The notes under the pieces are model-generated. The model saw nothing but the letters and a program-made list of their open reading frames with translations, was not told the DNA's origin and ran no database searches. From the human T2T-CHM13v2.0 reference genome, Homo sapiens: a stretch of 64,000 nucleotides of DNA. Shown one piece after another: positions 42,197-57,537 of the stretch. A program made the translations under genes and the position numbers. Location of the stretch: NCBI RefSeq assembly GCF_009914755.1, contig NC_060933.1. One strand, 5' to 3'. Every line of letters begins with the position of its first letter. The stretch's first letter is position 1.

Positions 42197-42560
42197 TGAT
42201 ATGCTTGGCTCTGTGTCCCCACCCAAATCTCATCTCGAATTGTAATCCTCATAATCCTCAGGTGTTGAGGGAAGAACTGATAAGAGGTGATTGGATGGTG
42301 GGGGCAGTTCCCCTATGCTGTTCTCGCGATGGTGACTTCTCATGAAATCTGATGGTTTTATACATTTAACAGTCCCTCCCTCACACACTCTTGCTCTCTC
42401 TTGCCGTCTTGTGCCTGCTTCCCTTTCACCTTCTGCCATGATTTTAAGTTTCCAGAGGCCTTCCTAGCCATGCTGAACTGTGAGTCAATTAAACTCTTTC
42501 CATTATAAATTACCCAATCTCAGGTATTTCTTTATAGCAGTGTGAAAATGGACTAATACA
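42197..42560 (+). mobile_element. THE1D-like solo LTR
   Basis: tgatatgcttggctctgtgtccccacccaaatctcatctcgaattgtaatcc...ggactaataca. Degenerate TSD actac/attat. Confidence 0.9.
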
Positions 42561-42624
42561 ATTATCAAAACTCAAACTTTTATGATACTCTAAATTTATC
42601 TGATATTCTTTTAACATTAAACCT

Positions 42625-42790
42625 CCAGTAATCAAAGTGGGGTTTACATGGCAGAAACATTACATTCACCAGGAAGCTTGTTACCAAACGCAGAAACTTA
42701 GGTTTCACCCCAGACTTATGGAATCGTCATCTGAATTTTGAAAAGATTGGCAGGTGATTAATGTACACATTACATTTTGAGAAACATTGA
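42625..42790. mobile_element. MER5A DNA transposon
   Basis: tcaaagtgggg...caccaggaagcttgtt...caccccagactta...atctgaatttt...caggtgatt...tttgagaaacattg. Confidence 0.75.
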
Positions 42791-43100
42791 TGCATAGCAT
42801 ATTAATTTAAATAATATTATTATATACATTTATGTGGCTAGTAATTTTGCTATCTGTTGATTTGTTCTGTACAGTTTACCTCCCTGAGAGAAAATCTATT
42901 TGTTAATAAGTGATTTTATTTTTTTGCCAAGAATACAAATTTAATTTGCTCTTAGAAATCAGGGAGATTAATAAAATAACCCTAAAGAGTTGAAGTTAGT
43001 TAGAATAAAAATGTATACAGTATTTTAAAACCATGTTGAGAACATATAGAATGCAATAAACTTTATCCAGTAGAAAAAATAATTACTTGATTAATTTTAC

Positions 43101-43252
43101 TTTCTTTGAGATAGGGTCTCACTCTGTTACTCAGGCTGGAGTGCAGTGGCATAACCACCACTCACTGCAGCCCTGATCTCCCAGGCTCAAACAATTTCCA
43201 CCTCAGCCTCCCAAGTAGCTGGGACTACTGGCATGAGCCACTGCACCTGGCC
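43101..43252 (-). mobile_element. Free Alu monomer (FRAM/FAM-like)
   Basis: Single right-arm-type monomer beginning ggcc on the minus strand. TSD taatttta(c/g)ttt at 43092-43103 and 43253-43264. Confidence 0.85.
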
Positions 43253-43667
43253 TAATTTTAGTTTTTATTTTAAAAATGAAATTTCTGTAAGACCACTGAA
43301 ACCAGATAATAGCCTTTTTAAAATTTATATGTTAATTTTCTGAATCTCATAATGCAAAGTGGCTTTCCGTGGGTCTCCTTCAAACTCAAGTACAGCACAT
43401 CTACATACATTTTAACGAACTATTGTCTGTGATATTGCCATCAAATCGCATTCTTCTTTTTTCTTTTTTTTTGTCACCAGCATTCTACTTTATTGCAGCT
43501 CACTAAAAAAAAAATTGTAGCCCTTTACGTCTGTTTAATCATAGTTAGTAAAATTATATCCACTCGACATATTATTTTGAATCATTAATATGCTCAGCAT
43601 CTCTAGCTAAGGCAAATCAGAAGAGAAAAAGAGAACGTTGGGTGAGAATCTGGTTTGTCATTCCCCA

Positions 43668-44225
43668 TGTATGGTGGTTGAAAGATAGCCACAAGTTCTT
43701 TGATAATTCCCCAATTCAAAGATTGGGTCCAATTCCCCTTACCTTGTATTTGGACTAGCCTTAAAGACTTATGTGAACAACAACAACAAAAATGCAGCCA
43801 AAGTAACGTTCTGGAACTTCCAAGAATATTTCACAATAATTATTACAGCTTTTGCCCAGGACTCTTAGAATATTTTCTTTGGGATCCCTGATCCATCAGG
43901 AAAAAAATCTGACTACCTGAGACCACTGTGATAAAGTGTGCACATGAAGTGCTCTTGTTGACAGTCCCTGCTGTGCCTAGGCTACTAGCCATACCCACCA
44001 AAGTGACAGACATAAGTGAAACCATCTTATAGATTCCAAACGAGTCATTTTCCAGTTGAAAACCATCAAGAGATATCTGTTGATGCCACATGAAACAAAA
44101 TAATCACTCAACTGAGGCCTGTCCAAAATTCTTGACCCCAAAATTTATAAGAAAAAGTAAAATGACTGTTTTAAGCCACTAAATTTTGGGGTAGTTTGTT
44201 AATTAGCAACAGATTAATGAAGTTA
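43668..44225 (+). mobile_element. MLT1 (G/H-like) MaLR LTR
   Basis: gatagccacaagttctttga...; typical end ttttaagccactaaattttggggtagtttgtt...agcaacagat. Confidence 0.75.
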
Positions 44226-45097
44226 CATGTTTTTTATATGCCATCCCCTCCTTTTCTTTTCTTTTGTTTAATGGAAGCAATGTGAGCATTTTCTAGCACT
44301 ACACAGAGCACTTCACGTGAAGCTAGAAATTCATCCTACATACTTGGCTGAATCTTTGCTCAAATACAATTCAGTATATATTCATAGAATTGCATATGAC
44401 AGATAATATTTCATAATGGTTCCCTTATTCTCATGCCAGTGGTTTTGTGGTGCTGAATTACTATAAATGAATTAGGATTTTAGCAGCATTTTGAAATGTA
44501 GAATTATACATTTTTCCATTATGATTATCTTAATTAGATGGAGAATTAAGCCAAGGAAGAATGCAAAGGCTGAAACCTAATATTTTGAAATATGATTATG
44601 TTGAAATCAAAAATTCAATTTTCCCTTTTTATATTAAAACACTCTGAAGTGGCCTTAATATAACACACAAAGGGCTTTTCTATTTTATTTTACATTTACC
44701 AAGAATGAGATCACTTCTACTATCTAAAATAGAAACTGTACTCTCAAGCACTTGAGGTCTTTGCTCTCCATGATCTTAGAAGCATATAATAAAGATAGTA
44801 ATAGTGTATGAGTAATTCTCAACATTTCTCAGCTAATGAAAATATTTTATCTTAAAATATATTTTAAAATAAATATACCTACTTCTAAGTATCAAAAGTT
44901 AATTTAACTACCTTAACCAGTTTTGTCATACTAATGTACAAAAAAATCAAAAAAGTTTTTTATCTGTGCAGAATGATTTTTAAATTAAATATCTTTATCA
45001 ACTTATACCATTCTTGAAGTCTAATTGTAATCTATGACATTAATATTTACTCAATCACTTTGAAATTTATTGTGTTTTCTGGCAGTGACCTCAAAGA

Positions 45098-45325
45098 GAG
45101 GTAGTATGGCTTAGTGGAAAGTATGTATTAGGCATCAAAGTGCAATAGACGATGGTCTACATAGCTCCTGGGCCAATTAATGGCTTTGGGCAATGTTTCC
45201 CTCATCTTTAAAATGGACATGATAATATCTTCTTGCAAATTAATCATGAGGATGAAGTTAAATAATCTAAGTAACACGCATAACAGTTCCTGGCACAATA
45301 CTGAATAAATAACAGCTATTATTAT
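45098..45325 (+). mobile_element. MIR SINE
   Basis: gtagtatggcttagtggaaag...ctttgggcaa...ctcatctttaaaatgg...gaggatgaag...cctggcaca...aacagctattatt. Confidence 0.75.
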
Positions 45326-45650
45326 GAATAATAGTACTTCTCTTAAAACTAATTACCACAGTTTGTTTTGAATTACTCCCTAATCTAGGGAAATATACAG
45401 TTGTTACAAAAGAAAACCCCAATCTGTTTTAGATTTCATATTTTATCAAGTATTATGTATTTTACATTAAAAAATTCTCCTAAACAATTATTCTAAAATA
45501 TTTTACATATATGATCAAGTTTCATACGTACATTGATTTATTTCTCATGAAGTTTCCTTCCAATGTATTATCAGACACCAAAATAAGAGTACTATTGTAC
45601 TATTGTTATTTACAATATGTCATTGCACATCACCGTACTTTTGCTAACTC

Positions 45651-45955
<305 letters not shown>

Positions 45956-48900
45956 TAAAAAACTCCATTGAGTATCCAAATAATTTGTCCACCGGAAACA
46001 TATATATAAGATGCAAAAGAACAAAAGCCTGTTTGGGGTGGGAATGGGGCGAGGTAGGTAGTGCTGCTGGAGGACATGTATTAAATAAAATGAAACAAAA
46101 AGGCAAAAAGCAATTGAAAAGTCTGAAAAATCTTGCATCCAAAGGACCATTTGGCCCCACTAAAATAATTTGTTATCAGCAAAGATAAAATAGAATAAGT
46201 TAAAAGTATAGAAGTGAAAAATACCACTCAAGAAAATATTATCTGAGATTACAGATAAGAAAATGAACAGATGTCCTTTTTATTAAAATTCCAAGTTGCT
46301 AACAATGGCATATGTACGTCTGACTGACATGTTTGAAATGCCATAAAGGAATTCTTTTGTATATCGGTAATATTTTTCCAATGCCTTTAAAAATGGTATT
46401 TATGTACATGTAAGGTATATTCTGAAAATTATAATTATGGGTATTGTTAATTAAAACCAGTGTGCTGTTAAAACAAAATAAGAATATTTTTGGGCAGCCT
46501 ATCTATTTTGGGGCCTTAGAGATCACAGTTGTGAATAAATCCCTTCAAGTCACTATTCGATTTACACAAGATACAAATTATTATGTCAGAGATGAGATAT
46601 ATTTCATTTGTAATCCCTCTCTAATAGAACTTATAACAAAGTAGAGGACGTTGCTTGTTTTGATTGAAAATGGCATTTGATGTACAATAGAACCGGTACA
46701 AATAATTCATTCCTAAACAATGCTGGCATACTCACTGGAATAACAGCGTGATTATTGTTTAATTTTACATTATCTAGGATACCATCTCTAAAATAATGCA
46801 ATAGCCTACATTTTTCTGAAGTTATTAGCAAAAAATAGTTTTGCCTATGAATTATCCAATAAATTAAGCTTTTTCCTTTAAAATACAACTTTTTTCTAAA
46901 ATGTATAAAATACTTAAACCCTTTCTTATAGTCACATCATGTACGTTTATCTTATTTTTGATGATAGAGTTAGCAGTGCCACTATTCTATTGGCCTGCAT
47001 TCTGCTATATAAAGGACTATTGAAACCTGTAGTTATTTGTCCACACAATCAATGACTCCACCTGCTATGTTTTGAAATTCCTTAGTCCTGTTAGAGTACT
47101 CATTATTTTCTCTCTTTCATTGTAACTTTTTACTTCTCATAGACATATACCTAGCAGTAAGAAATCTGATCACCCTTTAATGTACTTCTTTCATTTAGAA
47201 ATACGAGATAAAAACATAGGATCAAGCTTATAAAGACTTGCTGTAAGCCAAGAACAAAGAGACTTTCAATGACAAAGAGATGTCTCCGTAAGAACTGGCA
47301 CCAATAATGGTACAGATTACTACGTTGATTTAGTTCTATAGTTCTGCCTACGTTAGTCAAATTGACAAAACATATTTCTAGAAATAATATGTTTACAGAA
47401 AGTTCTGCAGTTGCTGGGCCCAATTTCATTAATTTTAGGACATTCATCAGTGATGCATTCAGCTATGTGTTTACTCTTTCTCTCTACCTGGAGTTTCTCT
47501 TCAGAATGGCAATTCTCTTCCCTCATACTTTTGCTGGAGAGATCATCCAGGGTGAAAGATAAGAGAAGAAACCCAAATGAGACAGACTATATTTCATTTA
47601 TTCTTACTAAAATATATTTAAATTTCAGCCATGTCTCCTTGGGAGGACTTCTGACTGGATTCACATTACATAGTCAATTATTTGCATTATTACTGCCATT
47701 ATTGTTTTTGAATTGTCATTATTCCTATACTAGTGAGCTAATCACTGTCATTGAGTGTGAATTTTACTAACATAACTCTCAGAGGACAACCCGATTTCAA
47801 AGTCCTCAAGAGTATTTCACGGTTTTCCTAGTGTAGAGACAACAAAACTGTTTTACTTTTACAGACATTAAAAAAACTATATTAAATTTTAAAAAGAGAG
47901 ATAAGTCTATACCCGTCAGATAACTCTTGATTGATGAAAATTCACTTAAAATTGGTAGAAACTTGCATAATACCTGGAGTTTCAAAAATATAATTCAGAA
48001 TGCCATTGCAAGAAAAACGTGGTGTGTTTTCTATATTTTTGTTTAGTTACACCTCATTGTAAATTTAAAAAACACAATTTTTAAAATTATAATTCTGCAA
48101 ACTAGAATATTTTCCCTTCCATTTTGTTAATCACAGAAGATCTTTCTTAGAGACTCTCCAGATTACATTATATAGCATCAATTATACCATGAGCTTCTTG
48201 AGGACAATAATTATATCTTTTCAAGTCTGCAGTCTTAATTTCATGAGTGAATGAATGTCAATAGTTTAAGATCTTATAAAACATTTTCTTACTCTGAATA
48301 AATTGGCATATAAGTTATAAGGTAAGAACTTGTGGTTTTGCAAGATTCAAATACCAAAACAAACTGAATATTTTTAAAATATGCTTAGTCATGAATGCTT
48401 AGTATTTTCTTACAACTTTCTATACCCCTATATTTTTATTTCTCTTTTGGATTGTGTATTTTGAAGTATTGTTATTATAAAATGCCCAAAATTAATTTTA
48501 ATAAATGTTAAGATATCATCAACTAATATGACTTTCTATAACTTTCTCAATAATCTCTTAAAACTGAAATGGCAAGATACCACATGTGCACTCTTTTGCT
48601 GTGGTAAAGGCATACATGTTATCAAATTTTACAGGTAGGCCAACACTCAGGTAGTAAACTATAGACCTGAACAATAAAAAACTAAAAATAAAACTGATAA
48701 ATTAGTATAAAACAAGAAACAAATAATGAGCTACTTTGATTTATGGTATTCATTTCCATTTCACATAAGCAATCTATCTTAATACATACTACAAACCTTG
48801 CATCTGCTTTATTAAGTAGTACATTTCACATTCAGCCATTCTAAAAGAGAAAGATAGTATTTGGGTGATGGAGCAGATCATTTCTGTTTATCAGAAGGAA

Positions 48901-49569
48901 AAATTTAAGCAAATCTTAAAGGGGCAAATTTTTATAGTACTATTTGCTCTGTATTATTGACCTAAGTACTGTAATCACCATTGATATAGTAGACGTCATT
49001 AAATCATATTTTGTAAATTTAGAGATATTCCATTACAGATTGATTTCTCTATGTATACGTATGTATGAATATGCTTCCTGAGGAAACCTGTTTAATTAAA
49101 TCCCATTAATAGAATATCCTTTTTCTGCATTGTACACGCATTTATGTAAATATATACAAAATTATCTTCTAGTCTGAAGGCGCTATAGTTCAGTGAATAG
49201 CATCATGCTGATTACATCCAATGAGCTTTTTAAAAGCAGATTTTGTTTCTTTAAAAAAAAAAATAGAATAGGTCTCTGCCATTCTTACCATGAATGCCAT
49301 TTTGCTAAGCAAAAAGATTATCAGAGCAATCTGAATTTATCTGTGTAGCAAATACATTTTAGTACTTAGTATCATTTGTTACAAAATTATAATGAAGGTA
49401 AGAGAGGGAATTTACTCCATTTTCCTTTTTTTCTTTATAGAAACTAAAGCTCAAATAAGACTAGGTTATTTGGCTAATTTACATAGCTAATCCATAGCAA
49501 AAAGAAGGCAAAGCCCAGAACTCTAAAATTTAGTCTTAACTTCTTTCCACATATCAAGAGGTACTTGTA

Positions 49570-49624
49570 CTTACAATGGGAAAGGTGATTAAGAAACTTA
49601 CTTAATCACCTTTCCCATTATAAG
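49570..49624. repeat. Inverted repeat: 24 bp arms (1 mismatch), 7 nt loop
   Basis: cttacaatgggaaaggtgattaag-aaactta-cttaatcacctttcccattataag. Confidence 0.95.
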
Positions 49625-50006
49625 ATTTAGGCCTGCAGTAACAAAATTCAATTCATGGTAAATATGTAAAAACAGAAATTTTAATGGTTTTATTTCAAAT
49701 ACTTGATTCTCACTTATGAATTGGAAAGCAACTCATGGTGGATTTGAAGGATTGCTTCTTAATTCAGGTCATTCTGACTCCATGCAAAGATTTAATATCA
49801 TCTATTCTGTTTTTTTTTTAATTTAGGAGATTCATAAGATAATTAGAAAATTTTACTTCCTAAAAAATTAACTAAATTCCATTTTCATCTTCAAATTTCC
49901 TCTTTAAGGTATGAAGTACTATACTAATAATTTCTGAGTTGATCCAGAAAGTTGTCTATCCACATTAACATTATTGACACCAACCTGTTGGACACACACA
50001 CACACA

Positions 50007-50583
50007 CAGCAGTTTCTAGAATAATGTTATGTCATTCAATACCGTTTGCTAAAAATATTGATGAGAAGAAGACATGATTTCCAGCCAGGGCCGTGATTTG
50101 TATGGAATTTGCATGTTCTCTCCAGGTGAACTGGCACATCTAAATGGTCCTAGTCTGAGAGCGAGCGAGCGAGAGAGAGCGTGTGTGTGTGTGTGTGTGT
50201 ATGCACACGACAACGTGTGAATGTGCCCTACGATGGAATGGCATCCTGTCCAGAGTTGGTTCCCACCTTGTGCCGAGCTACCTGGATAGGATCAGGCCAT
50301 GCGAGACCCTAAACTGTAATAAGCAGGTAAATTATTGTTTTTACTAATCATTCTAAAACATATGTATAGCTCATATTTATTTTAATGTTTAATATTAGAA
50401 GTGATTTAAGTGCTTGAATCTTTAAAAAATGCAGTGATGTGTTTGTGAGCAGAAATATGCCATAGGAACTGTATTCTTGTTTATATCAATTAACCTTTGG
50501 TAAAATTGGTTTCCTAATATGTTGTTTCACTTAAGACGGCAGTTTCCAAGAATCTACCAACGATGATAAATGAGGTATTACTG
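50007..50583 (+). mobile_element. MER6/MER6A TcMar-Tigger non-autonomous DNA transposon with internal (GA/GC)(GT)n microsatellite
   Basis: Starts cagcagtttctagaataatg and ends aaatgaggtattactg followed by ta. Internal ggaatttgcatgttctc...gccctacgatggaatggcatcctgtccag...ggatagg...gaccctaaactg. Confidence 0.8.
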
Positions 50584-50810
50584 TACTTCGTTGGTAATAT
50601 ATGCACTTTGTTCCTATTTACTTTGTATCTATTATTAGAAAAACATATAACTCTGGCAACAATAACAAAAACAGGCTAAAATAAAATTATATGCCTAATA
50701 ATAATAATTATAATTAGACTACTTAATATCTTGTTTTAATGATAAATTCTCAGAGATGGGACATATACTGAGAGTATACTATTTCTATTGGAGCTATGTC
50801 CACTTTATTC

Positions 50811-51002
50811 CAGTGGTTCTCAACAAAGGGTAAACTTACTCTCCAAATGGTGACATTCTCAAGGTCAACAGACACTTTTGATGATCAGAACTGGCTAGTT
50901 ACTACTACATGTAGCGGGGAGAAACTAGAGACACTGCTAAGCGTTCTGTAATATATATAGCATGACCTTAAATGTCAATAGTGCAGAGACCGAAAAACTC
51001 TG
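50811..51002. mobile_element. MER20 hAT-Charlie DNA transposon
   Basis: cagtggttctcaac...actactacatgtagcgggg...ctgctaa...aaatgtcaatagtgcagagaccgaaaaactctg. Confidence 0.8.
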
Positions 51003-54000
51003 CCTTTCAAACAGCTCTCTTATTTTGAGCTGGATTCACACAGCCTCAATAATTAGACATGCCTGATTCAGAGTCATGGCATGATTTCCTAGCTAAATCA
51101 CTACATCTGACTATATGAAGGGTTGTTCACTGGGAAAATAAGCCAACAGCATCTCCCTGGGCACAAATACTGTCATTCTGATGCATGAATGTACATAATT
51201 TTTCCTTTAGCATTCAATTCAGCATTAGCATTGTGAGATCTCGCACCGACTTAGCAAAACTCAAAAATTTAAACAAGTTTTTCGTTGATTTTAACCTGCG
51301 GAATTTAATTTTGAGTTTCTATGGCATTTGAAACCAAATATAAAATTATAACAATAAGAGTATCCATTAAATTTTTTTTGTCTCTTACTTCTGATTTACT
51401 TTATCAATGAACATTAAAAAGTAGCCATCTGGACTGAGAAAGAAAATAATAACATTTCTCATTTTTAAAAGAATTCGGTAATAACCATAAGCACAAAGAA
51501 ATAAAATTCATCAGATTTTTTTCTCCTATTGCTTCAGCCTAGGGACACAGTGATAGGCTGACAAATCTGAATAGGAACATAAACTTTGATTGTAATTTAA
51601 TTAAAAAAAATTATTTTACTTTTTACTCCAGTTCATTAATATTTTTAATTCATGCACTTGCCAAAAGCATGATGCTCTCTTTCAGTCAAAAACACATTGA
51701 ACCCGCAGGGAAGAAATACTACCCCACGAGTAAAGGTTCCTTCCTCAGCTTGTCAAGAAAGTCATTCCAAACTCAAACAATGGCAGACGGCAGATCTTGC
51801 TATATAACACATCTATTCTATGATACACTGCCATTCTTGAACGTACATGTATCCTTCAGAAACTACAATGGATTATAATACAAATTAGGCTGACAAAAGT
51901 TCTCTTAGTTTATCCATTGGTCTCAGAATAATGCAGATTTTCTTGCTTCATCTGAGCACTTAAAACTCAATAATATGCCAGACCTACCTAAGAAATGCCT
52001 TAAAAGTAGTTTATTATCTAGCATAGCTTTCAAAAAGAGAAAAAACTATTTTATGGTATTTGTTTTTAATAGGTTATGTTATTGCTATAGTGACAGAAAG
52101 AACTGAAAAGACCTACTGTATGTATCCTTGTATAAGAAATACACAAAACATTAATGAAAAAACTCATTTGCTAAATCAGTCGCTAATCTTGTCCAGTTTA
52201 ACTTTCTGTAATCCCTGACAAACAATCCTAATATTCATCACTCATCAAGTCATGCACAAACTTTTAAATAAAATAATTGTATATGGGCAAGATTATTCTA
52301 CTTGGCAAATGGCCTATTGCACTGATATCCACCTTTGGTTTTTTAGAAATGAAATAATCACACTCTTGCAGCTTATTTCTGCCAGAAAACTTCAGACAGA
52401 AAATGTGTATTAATACAATACTCTATGTCTGCCTAAGAATAAGCTTAAAGACACAAATTCTCCTTCTATATTGTTGAAATAAAACAGAATCATAGACCAA
52501 GAAAATTAGAATGGGGAAAGGGAATATTTCTAATGAGTTAGGAATGATTAAGTAAGATGCATCAAAAATGTCACTCGTCCTCTTAGATATCTAGACTCTA
52601 TGCTATGCATTATGGAGGACAGCAAGAAATGTGAGCCATAATTTTGTCCTTGATTACAATTAATGGAGAAGAAAGGAATTATAAATATTTAGAAAAATAT
52701 TATAACAACAGATTATGCCAAGTGCAAACTATAGGGTTCAAACCATAAATGAATATTATCCAAGACTATGAGAGATTTTTGACATTTTGAGACATTATGC
52801 AAGAAGCAAAATTGAGCTGGTCCTTGAAAGGATGGGTCGATTTAGAAAAATAAATGCAGAGCTTCATAAATCACCGTTTCAAGAGATGAGGACATTATAT
52901 AAACTATTCCATTCATGCTTTTATTACAGGGACAGTGGGAGGAAAGAGAACAGAATATTGGTAGAACTAATCTTCAGCATGATGTTGGCAGATCTCAATA
53001 AAATTATGGCCACTTGTCTCCAATGTTACAATTCAGGGCTTTGGAGAGTCTTATTTTATAGGCTTCCTCATTAATCATGGGATGTCTTTCTCCAAACTTA
53101 TGTTTCTACAGTGTAAGTGTGAGATGCTCTCAAAAGAACTTCCAGGAAGGTAGGTTACCCTCCGTACTTGTAGACACCAGCAAGCTGGTTTTTATCTCCA
53201 AAGTAGAATGTCTTGGACCCAGTGTAGCTTATGCAGATATATAAATGGCACAATGACCCCAGTACATCTTTTACAAGATGTTGTTCACTTGCGCAAAAAA
53301 AAAAAAAAAAAAAATTTGAATACAAGGGACACTGATTTCCTTCACTAAAGCTTCCTGTATTTAAAGCTGAAATGAAGTTGCACTTTTTACTCTTAATTGA
53401 TTTATATGCTACTTTTACCATGGGGCTATAGCACATGTTGTCTTGTAACTGTTTTTCAGAGAAGGGTCATTAGGTTGATATATTTTTGTACAGCAACAGG
53501 AATGACTGCTCTGCTAAATCACTAAAAATTAAGACAAAGACAAACTGAAATCTGCAAGGATTGACTTGGCTTCTGTCCATAGCCATATCATTCTTGGCAA
53601 ATGTGAAACCATTTTAAAAGTTTTTATTATTGGCATGGAACATATTTTGGCATACACATATACAAAATGAACATTATAATGACAATAAGAATACCACCTT
53701 GTTAGTTTAAATCAGTAGAATATTGATTACTCAGTAATGTAATTCAGACTATTAGCTAGGTTTTGCCAAAAGTAAAGTAACCCTGTATTTCTTTAGCATA
53801 TCTTGCAGAAAATTCAGATTCATCTAAAGGAAACAAATAAATAAAAAACATTCTAACAATGAAAAGAGAAAATACAGTGAGTACTGAAGAGTGGTGGAGC
53901 TGATCATACTGATAGCTGTGAGTTCTCTGCTGATGGTGGGAGGTGGGTGGCAGAGCCCATGGAGGTGAAAGATCTAAAAGTTCAAGGCAGCAATGTTCCT

Positions 54001-54244
54001 TCTGAGTTTGAGAAATATCATTTAGCAGGGTAGATGCTCAGTATTCCTTTCCTTCCTTTATCCTGATATGAAAAATGGAGATGTTGTGGTAAATAGGGGG
54101 GTAAATTGGGCATGGAGGAAGAATTAAAATATTTAGTATATTATGTTTTTTATTGTTGGCTTATGTTCATGACTATTGTGTTTCTTTTTTCAGCTTTTAG
54201 GGGAAGAAGAAAGTACCAGCAATAATTCATTTCTTACAGAATTT

Positions 54245-54390
54245 AGCTGTGGTTTCGTAGAGAAGAAATTAGAAGACCTGGGTTTATGCTGGATCCTCGT
54301 CCAAATAACTTTGTGACTTTGGGCAAATTACTTTATGTCACTGGACTTCACATTTTCTGTATGTAAAGCAAGATGTTTTGATTACATTCT
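54245..54390 (+). mobile_element. MIR SINE fragment
   Basis: agaagacctgggttt...aactttgtgactttgggcaaattacttt...ctggacttcacattttctgtatgtaaa. Confidence 0.65.
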
Positions 54391-55048
54391 TCCACTGGTA
54401 TGCGTACAATTATGGTACTGCAATTTATGACTTTCTGTTCCTACTATATTGCGGGCAATTTGAAGGAAGACAATACATTTTTCAACTCTAAATTCTCAAG
54501 GCTTGACACTGGTTGGCATACAGTTAATGCTCTGTAAATGTTTGTTGAATTGACTTATGTTGATTATCTTACTTCCAAGTCCTTGCAGAAATGACGTGTT
54601 ATAAATAACCTCTCTATCATTTCATAACATTAGTGATAGAAAGCCGTATTAGTGCCTTGGTGGGAGCCAAGAAATAAAAAAATAAAAAATATATTTTCTA
54701 CAACAAAAAAAATTAAGATGGACAGTTTTACTTGATTTCTGAAATCAGAGAACAAACACCTGTTCCAGTAAAACTGAAAAGACAAAATATACATTAACTA
54801 AATCTGTGGAAACCCTCAACTTCAAATAGAATCTAGATAGAGATACTTCATCTGGATGGAGAAAATAATACATCGCAGTATTAAGAGAATGTATTTGTTC
54901 CTAACAATGAGCTCTTTCACTTCAATATTAAAATCCTATTTCAAACAGAGGTTAATCAAAGCTGAAGACTATTGTGTATTGCGATTTTCACAGAATATAT
55001 AATTCTAACACGGACCCCTTTAATAATCAAACTGTTGCTAAGAAGCTT

Positions 55049-56670
<1,622 letters not shown>

Positions 56671-57537
56671 CTAAGAAGCTTTTTAATGAAGTCATCTTTC
56701 AATGTAAGCATATATAAAACTCACTCATTTTGTTTACATTACTTTTGTGGTCATTTCAACCAGTGTTTAACAAGTTAGTTTTGAAAACAGCAGACATGGA
56801 AGGAATGATTCAAAACAAAGATGTCTTATGATTTCAGGGGAATATTTTATTACAAATATGGAACACTTAACCCATGAACTTAGCTCCACAAGTCTTTGAC
56901 AATTTAGGGAATAATGGGAATACCAAGCCAGATTTCTGTGCAGTGGATGGAAGGAATTAATCTTAGCAAGGTAAACCCTTGTTTTTGATTTCTCAGACCC
57001 TCCATTTATAAAAATAATATGGGAACATACAAACCACTTGATACTTTTATCTGTAAAACACTTAGGGCAAAAAATATATATTATTATAGGAATCAAAAAA
57101 TTAAAAATAAAATTAGCATTGGAAAGACTTGAAATAAAAAATCCATTTTGTCTTTGTAAATCTAAGTATAAATTCAAATCATCCTCAGCTTTCCAAAAAA
57201 TACCCTCACAAAATTTCCTTACCTACTGGGGTGAAATAGGCATTGCTGTTAAACGATGCTAACTAAACGAATTCTGCTCTTTTCAGAAAATAGTATATAT
57301 TTTACAAATATCCTTCTTTAGTTTATCAAGAAATAGACACAAATACAACAAATACTTGAGTTATACATTGGCTTTCTTTAAAGAAAGTACATGAAAATAT
57401 TTTCTTTTATAAGAGGAGATGGCATTGAAAACATGAGTATGAAAATAGCAACATTAAAGAAAAATTCTATCATGCTAGCAGGAGTTTCATGTTCATCTCT
57501 ATATGAAATTGTATGCATTGAAGTAAAAAATAAACAC

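Noticed and set aside
47440-47560. Possible minus-strand exon (ctccag|caaaag...ctccag|gtagag)
   Set aside because: The donor is weak and there is no recognisable peptide.
49179-49220. tRNA-like 5' end (ggcgctatagttcagtgaatagc)
   Set aside because: No B-box/T-arm and no complementary acceptor stem follow.
53295-53313. Isolated poly(A) tracts (also ~3302-3319 and ~40245-40260) as processed pseudogene tails
   Set aside because: No TSD or recognisable upstream mRNA body was found.
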